The notes below the pieces were generated by a model. That model made no database searches. It worked only from the letters and a program-made list of their open reading frames with translations, and was not told the origin of the DNA. 32,000 nt of DNA from Acidobacteria bacterium Mor1. GTDB taxonomy: Bacteria; Acidobacteriota; Polarisedimenticolia; Polarisedimenticolales; Polarisedimenticolaceae. Shown here in pieces: positions 29,664 through 32,000 of this stretch. The position numbers and the translations under genes are program-made. How positions within the stretch are numbered: the stretch's first letter is position 1; each line of letters begins with the position of its first letter. The stretch is from contig CP011806.1 in NCBI GenBank assembly GCA_001664505.1, positions 2,285,661-2,317,660 of the forward strand, in the 5' to 3' direction.

Positions 29664-32000
29664 TTGAGCGAATCAAATCGTTGTCCATCCTGCGGCGCGG
29701 CCCTGGGTCCCCAGGATGTCGCCGAGGGGGGTTGTCCCAACTGTCTGCTGGAACTTGCCCTGGGAGAGGACGAGACCGTTGTCTCGCGCCCTGCCGCCGG
29801 CTCGGAAGAAGCCGGCGCGGACCTCGTGGCCGGGACCGAGGTCGGCCCCTATCGGATCGAGCGGACCCTGGGCGAAGGGGGTATGGGGCGGGTGTACCTG
29901 GCTACCCAGGAGCAACCGGTCCGGCGCCGGGTGGCGCTCAAACTGATCAAACGGGGGATGGACAGCCGGCAGGTGGTGACCCGCTTCGAGGCCGAACGCC
30001 AGGCCCTTGCGCGCATGGATCACCCGTCGATCGCCCGGGTCTTCGATGCAGGCGAAGCCCCCGACGGGCGGCCGTTCTTCGCCATGGAGTACATCGAGGG
30101 GGTCGCGATCACCGAATACTGCGACCGACAGCAGCTCTCGACCCGAGACCGCCTCGCCCTGTTCAACAAGGTCTGCTTCGGCCTGCAGCACGCCCACCAG
30201 AAGGGTGTCCTGCACCGGGACATCAAACCGAGCAACGTGCTGGTCGGGACGGTCGATGGCCAGGCGGTACCGAAGATCATCGACTTCGGCGTGGCCAAGG
30301 CCATCGAACAGCCGCTGACCGAGCGTTCGCTGTTCACCGAGATGGGGGTTTTGATCGGAACCCCCGAGTACATGAGCCCCGAGCAGGCGGCGGTCAACCC
30401 GCTGGACGTCGACACCCGCAGCGACGTCTACTCCCTGGGGGTGCTGCTCTACGAGATGCTGACCGGGGCGCTCCCCTTCGACTCCGGGGAACTCCGCTCC
30501 GCCGCCTATGACGAGATCCTGCGCCGCATCCGCGAGGAGACCCCCTCCAAGCCGAGCGCCCGGCTCAGCGAACTGGGAGCCCGGGCCGCGACCCTGGCCG
30601 GCAGCCGGCGCTCGGACCCGGCCGGCCTGCGCCGCAGCCTGGCCGGCGACCTGGACGTGATCGTCATGAAATCGCTGGAGAAGGAGCGCGAGCGGCGCTA
30701 CGGCTCGGCGGCGGAGATGGCCGCCGACATCCAGCGGCACCTGGACAACGAGCCGATCGCCGCGCGGCCGCCCAGTGCGAGCTATCAACTCGGCAAGCTG
30801 GTGCGGCGCAACCAACTGGCGTCCGCCTTCGTCGCCACCGTGGCCCTGCTGCTGATCGTCGCCACGGTCTGGCTCAGCCTGCTCTATCGCAGTTCACAGA
30901 AGAACCTGGAACGGGCGCTGGCCGCAGAACAGGACGCGGAGCGCAAAGCGGCCACGGCCAGCGCGGTCTCCGACTTTCTGATCGACGTTTTCGAAGTCTC
31001 CGATCCCAATTCGGGCATGGGCCGAACGGTCACCGCGCGAGAGTTGCTGGAGAAGGCGGCGGCGCGAATCGACGGCGAGCTGCAGGAACAGCCCGAGGTC
31101 AAGGGCACGCTGCAAAATGCCATGGGCAACGTCTACCAGAGCCTGGGCCTCTACGAACAGGCGGAAGGGTTGCACCGTGACGCCGTCGGGCTGCGCGAGC
31201 AGCTGGGGCTGACCGAGACCTACGAAGGTGCCCGGGGCCTGACCGATCTGGCCCTGAGCCTCAACCAACTCGGGCAGTTCGAGGAAGCCGAGGCCCAGGC
31301 GCTGCAGGCGTTGGCCTTTCAGGAGCAGACCTTCGGCCCGGACTCCCTCGAGGTCTCGACCACCGTCGAGGCGCTGGGGGCGATCGCCGCCGACGCCGGC
31401 CGGGAAACCGAGGCCCGCGACTACTTTCAACGAAGTCTCGATATCCGTCAGGCCTCACCGGACACCGAGCCGCTGCAGCTGGCGTACGCGCTGAACAACC
31501 TGGGGCAGTCCCACATGCGGCTAGGCGACAACGACAAGGCGGCCGAGCTGTTCGAGAGCTCCCTGGAGCTCCGCGAGGAGACTCTCGGCAGCGATCACCC
31601 CAGTGTGGGCCACGCCTCCGCCGGGCTGGCGGAGCTCTATCGGCGGATGGGGCGACCCGACGAGTCGCGGGCGCTGTTCGAGAAGGCGCTGGCAAACCGG
31701 GAGAAATCGCTGGACGCCGATCATCCCCAGTTCGCCTACACCCTGAACAACTACGGCCTGTTGCTGCGCAACGAAGGGGACCCCGCTGCCGCCGTGGTGG
31801 TCCACGAACGCAGCCTGGCGATCCGCGAGAAGGCGTTCGGCCCCGACCATCCGCTGATGCCGGTGACCCTGGACAACCTGGGCCGCTCCTACCACATGGC
31901 CAAGATGTACGAGAAGGCGGACGCGACCTTCCAGCGGGCCAAGCAGACGGCGGACCGCATCCTCGAGCCGGACCACTCGACCCATGGCTTCATCGGCAAC
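29664..32000 (+). CDS. Ser/Thr protein kinase with N-terminal zinc ribbon, TM helix and C-terminal TPR repeats (partial; runs past the right window edge)
   Basis: It is not in the ORF track because it has no in-window stop. TTG 29664 is preceded by GAGGAGG (29653..29659). An in-frame TGA lies at 29598, and the only other in-frame start codon before the kinase G-loop is a CTG at 29631 with no SD. The N-terminus has CPSCG...CPNC. The Hanks kinase motifs are GEGGMGRVY (G-loop), VALKLIK, HRDIKPSNVL, DFG and GTPEYMSPE. The TM helix is LASAFVATVALLLIVATVWLSLLY (30816..30887). Repeated TPR_12-like units follow (LNNLGQSHMRLGDNDKAAELFESSLELREETLGSDHP...). The frame stays open to nt 32000. Confidence 0.9.
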   Translation, partial: MSESNRCPSCGAALGPQDVAEGGCPNCLLELALGEDETVVSRPAAGSEEAGADLVAGTEVGPYRIERTLGEGGMGRVYLATQEQPVRRRVALKLIKRGMDSRQVVTRFEAERQALARMDHPSIARVFDAGEAPDGRPFFAMEYIEGVAITEYCDRQQLSTRDRLALFNKVCFGLQHAHQKGVLHRDIKPSNVLVGTVDGQAVPKIIDFGVAKAIEQPLTERSLFTEMGVLIGTPEYMSPEQAAVNPLDVDTRSDVYSLGVLLYEMLTGALPFDSGELRSAAYDEILRRIREETPSKPSARLSELGARAATLAGSRRSDPAGLRRSLAGDLDVIVMKSLEKERERRYGSAAEMAADIQRHLDNEPIAARPPSASYQLGKLVRRNQLASAFVATVALLLIVATVWLSLLYRSSQKNLERALAAEQDAERKAATASAVSDFLIDVFEVSDPNSGMGRTVTARELLEKAAARIDGELQEQPEVKGTLQNAMGNVYQSLGLYEQAEGLHRDAVGLREQLGLTETYEGARGLTDLALSLNQLGQFEEAEAQALQALAFQEQTFGPDSLEVSTTVEALGAIAADAGRETEARDYFQRSLDIRQASPDTEPLQLAYALNNLGQSHMRLGDNDKAAELFESSLELREETLGSDHPSVGHASAGLAELYRRMGRPDESRALFEKALANREKSLDADHPQFAYTLNNYGLLLRNEGDPAAAVVVHERSLAIREKAFGPDHPLMPVTLDNLGRSYHMAKMYEKADATFQRAKQTADRILEPDHSTHGFIGN

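Noticed and set aside
17545-29740. N-terminal extensions of the track ORFs: 1939 aa vs 1789, 1152 vs 918 and 1353 vs 1263. The same applies to 5666..8818, 10728..11636, 14350..15159, 15098..17488 and 12683..13297.
   Set aside because: The extensions are Arg-rich and overlap the upstream gene by hundreds of nt. They would place the signal peptide internally. Downstream ATG/TTG starts have SDs and put the signal peptides at the true N-termini.
29645-30815. Track ORFs 29645..30511 (+, 288 aa) and 29673..30815 (-, 380 aa) across the kinase region.
   Set aside because: They lie in the wrong frame or on the wrong strand. Frame 0 from TTG 29664 contains every Hanks kinase motif and stays open to the window end.

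Overview
High-GC bacterial chromosomal window. Hand-counted 60-nt samples give about 70% GC in most genes. The organism is diderm: the window encodes a beta-barrel OMP ending in Phe, a lipobox lipoprotein and a TolB-like propeller. The domain repertoire (Ser/Thr kinase-TPR, CadC-like wHTH fused to a TolB propeller, Myxococcus-type Cys-rich and MopE-like repeats) fits Acidobacteriota, Myxococcota or Gemmatimonadota-like lineages, but taxonomy cannot be settled from sequence alone. I support 20 protein-coding genes, including two that run off the window edges and two micro-ORFs that the ORF track does not list as separate genes, plus a few hairpins and repeat motifs. I found no rRNA, tRNA, CRISPR array, transposase or integrase. 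Most long alternative-frame ORFs in the track are Arg/Gly/Pro-rich artefacts of high GC. Many track ORFs also carry spurious N-terminal extensions, so I re-derived starts from SD sequences, signal peptides and stop/start overlaps. There are three highlights. (1) A ~4.4 kb low-GC island (about 1213..5665) encodes a 1185-aa zinc-ribbon/TPR-like/CHAT caspase-fold protease. It is translationally coupled by an ATGA overlap to a 162-aa single-pass membrane protein, making it a candidate uncharacterised conflict/defence module. (2) A ~11.9 kb three-gene operon (29470 to 17545, minus strand) encodes about 3970 aa of Sec-exported giant proteins: a 1263-aa orphan, a 918-aa Fn3-like protein with an embedded mono-haem cytochrome c module, and a 1789-aa FG-GAP/TSP3/Cys-rich/MopE-like mosaic. 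Two membrane sensors flank it: a Ser/Thr kinase-TPR gene (divergent) and a CadC-like wHTH-TolB gene (convergent). (3) A mannoside-utilisation operon in which an SSF symporter, two 36/38-aa membrane micro-ORFs and a GH92 lipoprotein are chained by overlapping stop/start codons, each junction having its own SD.
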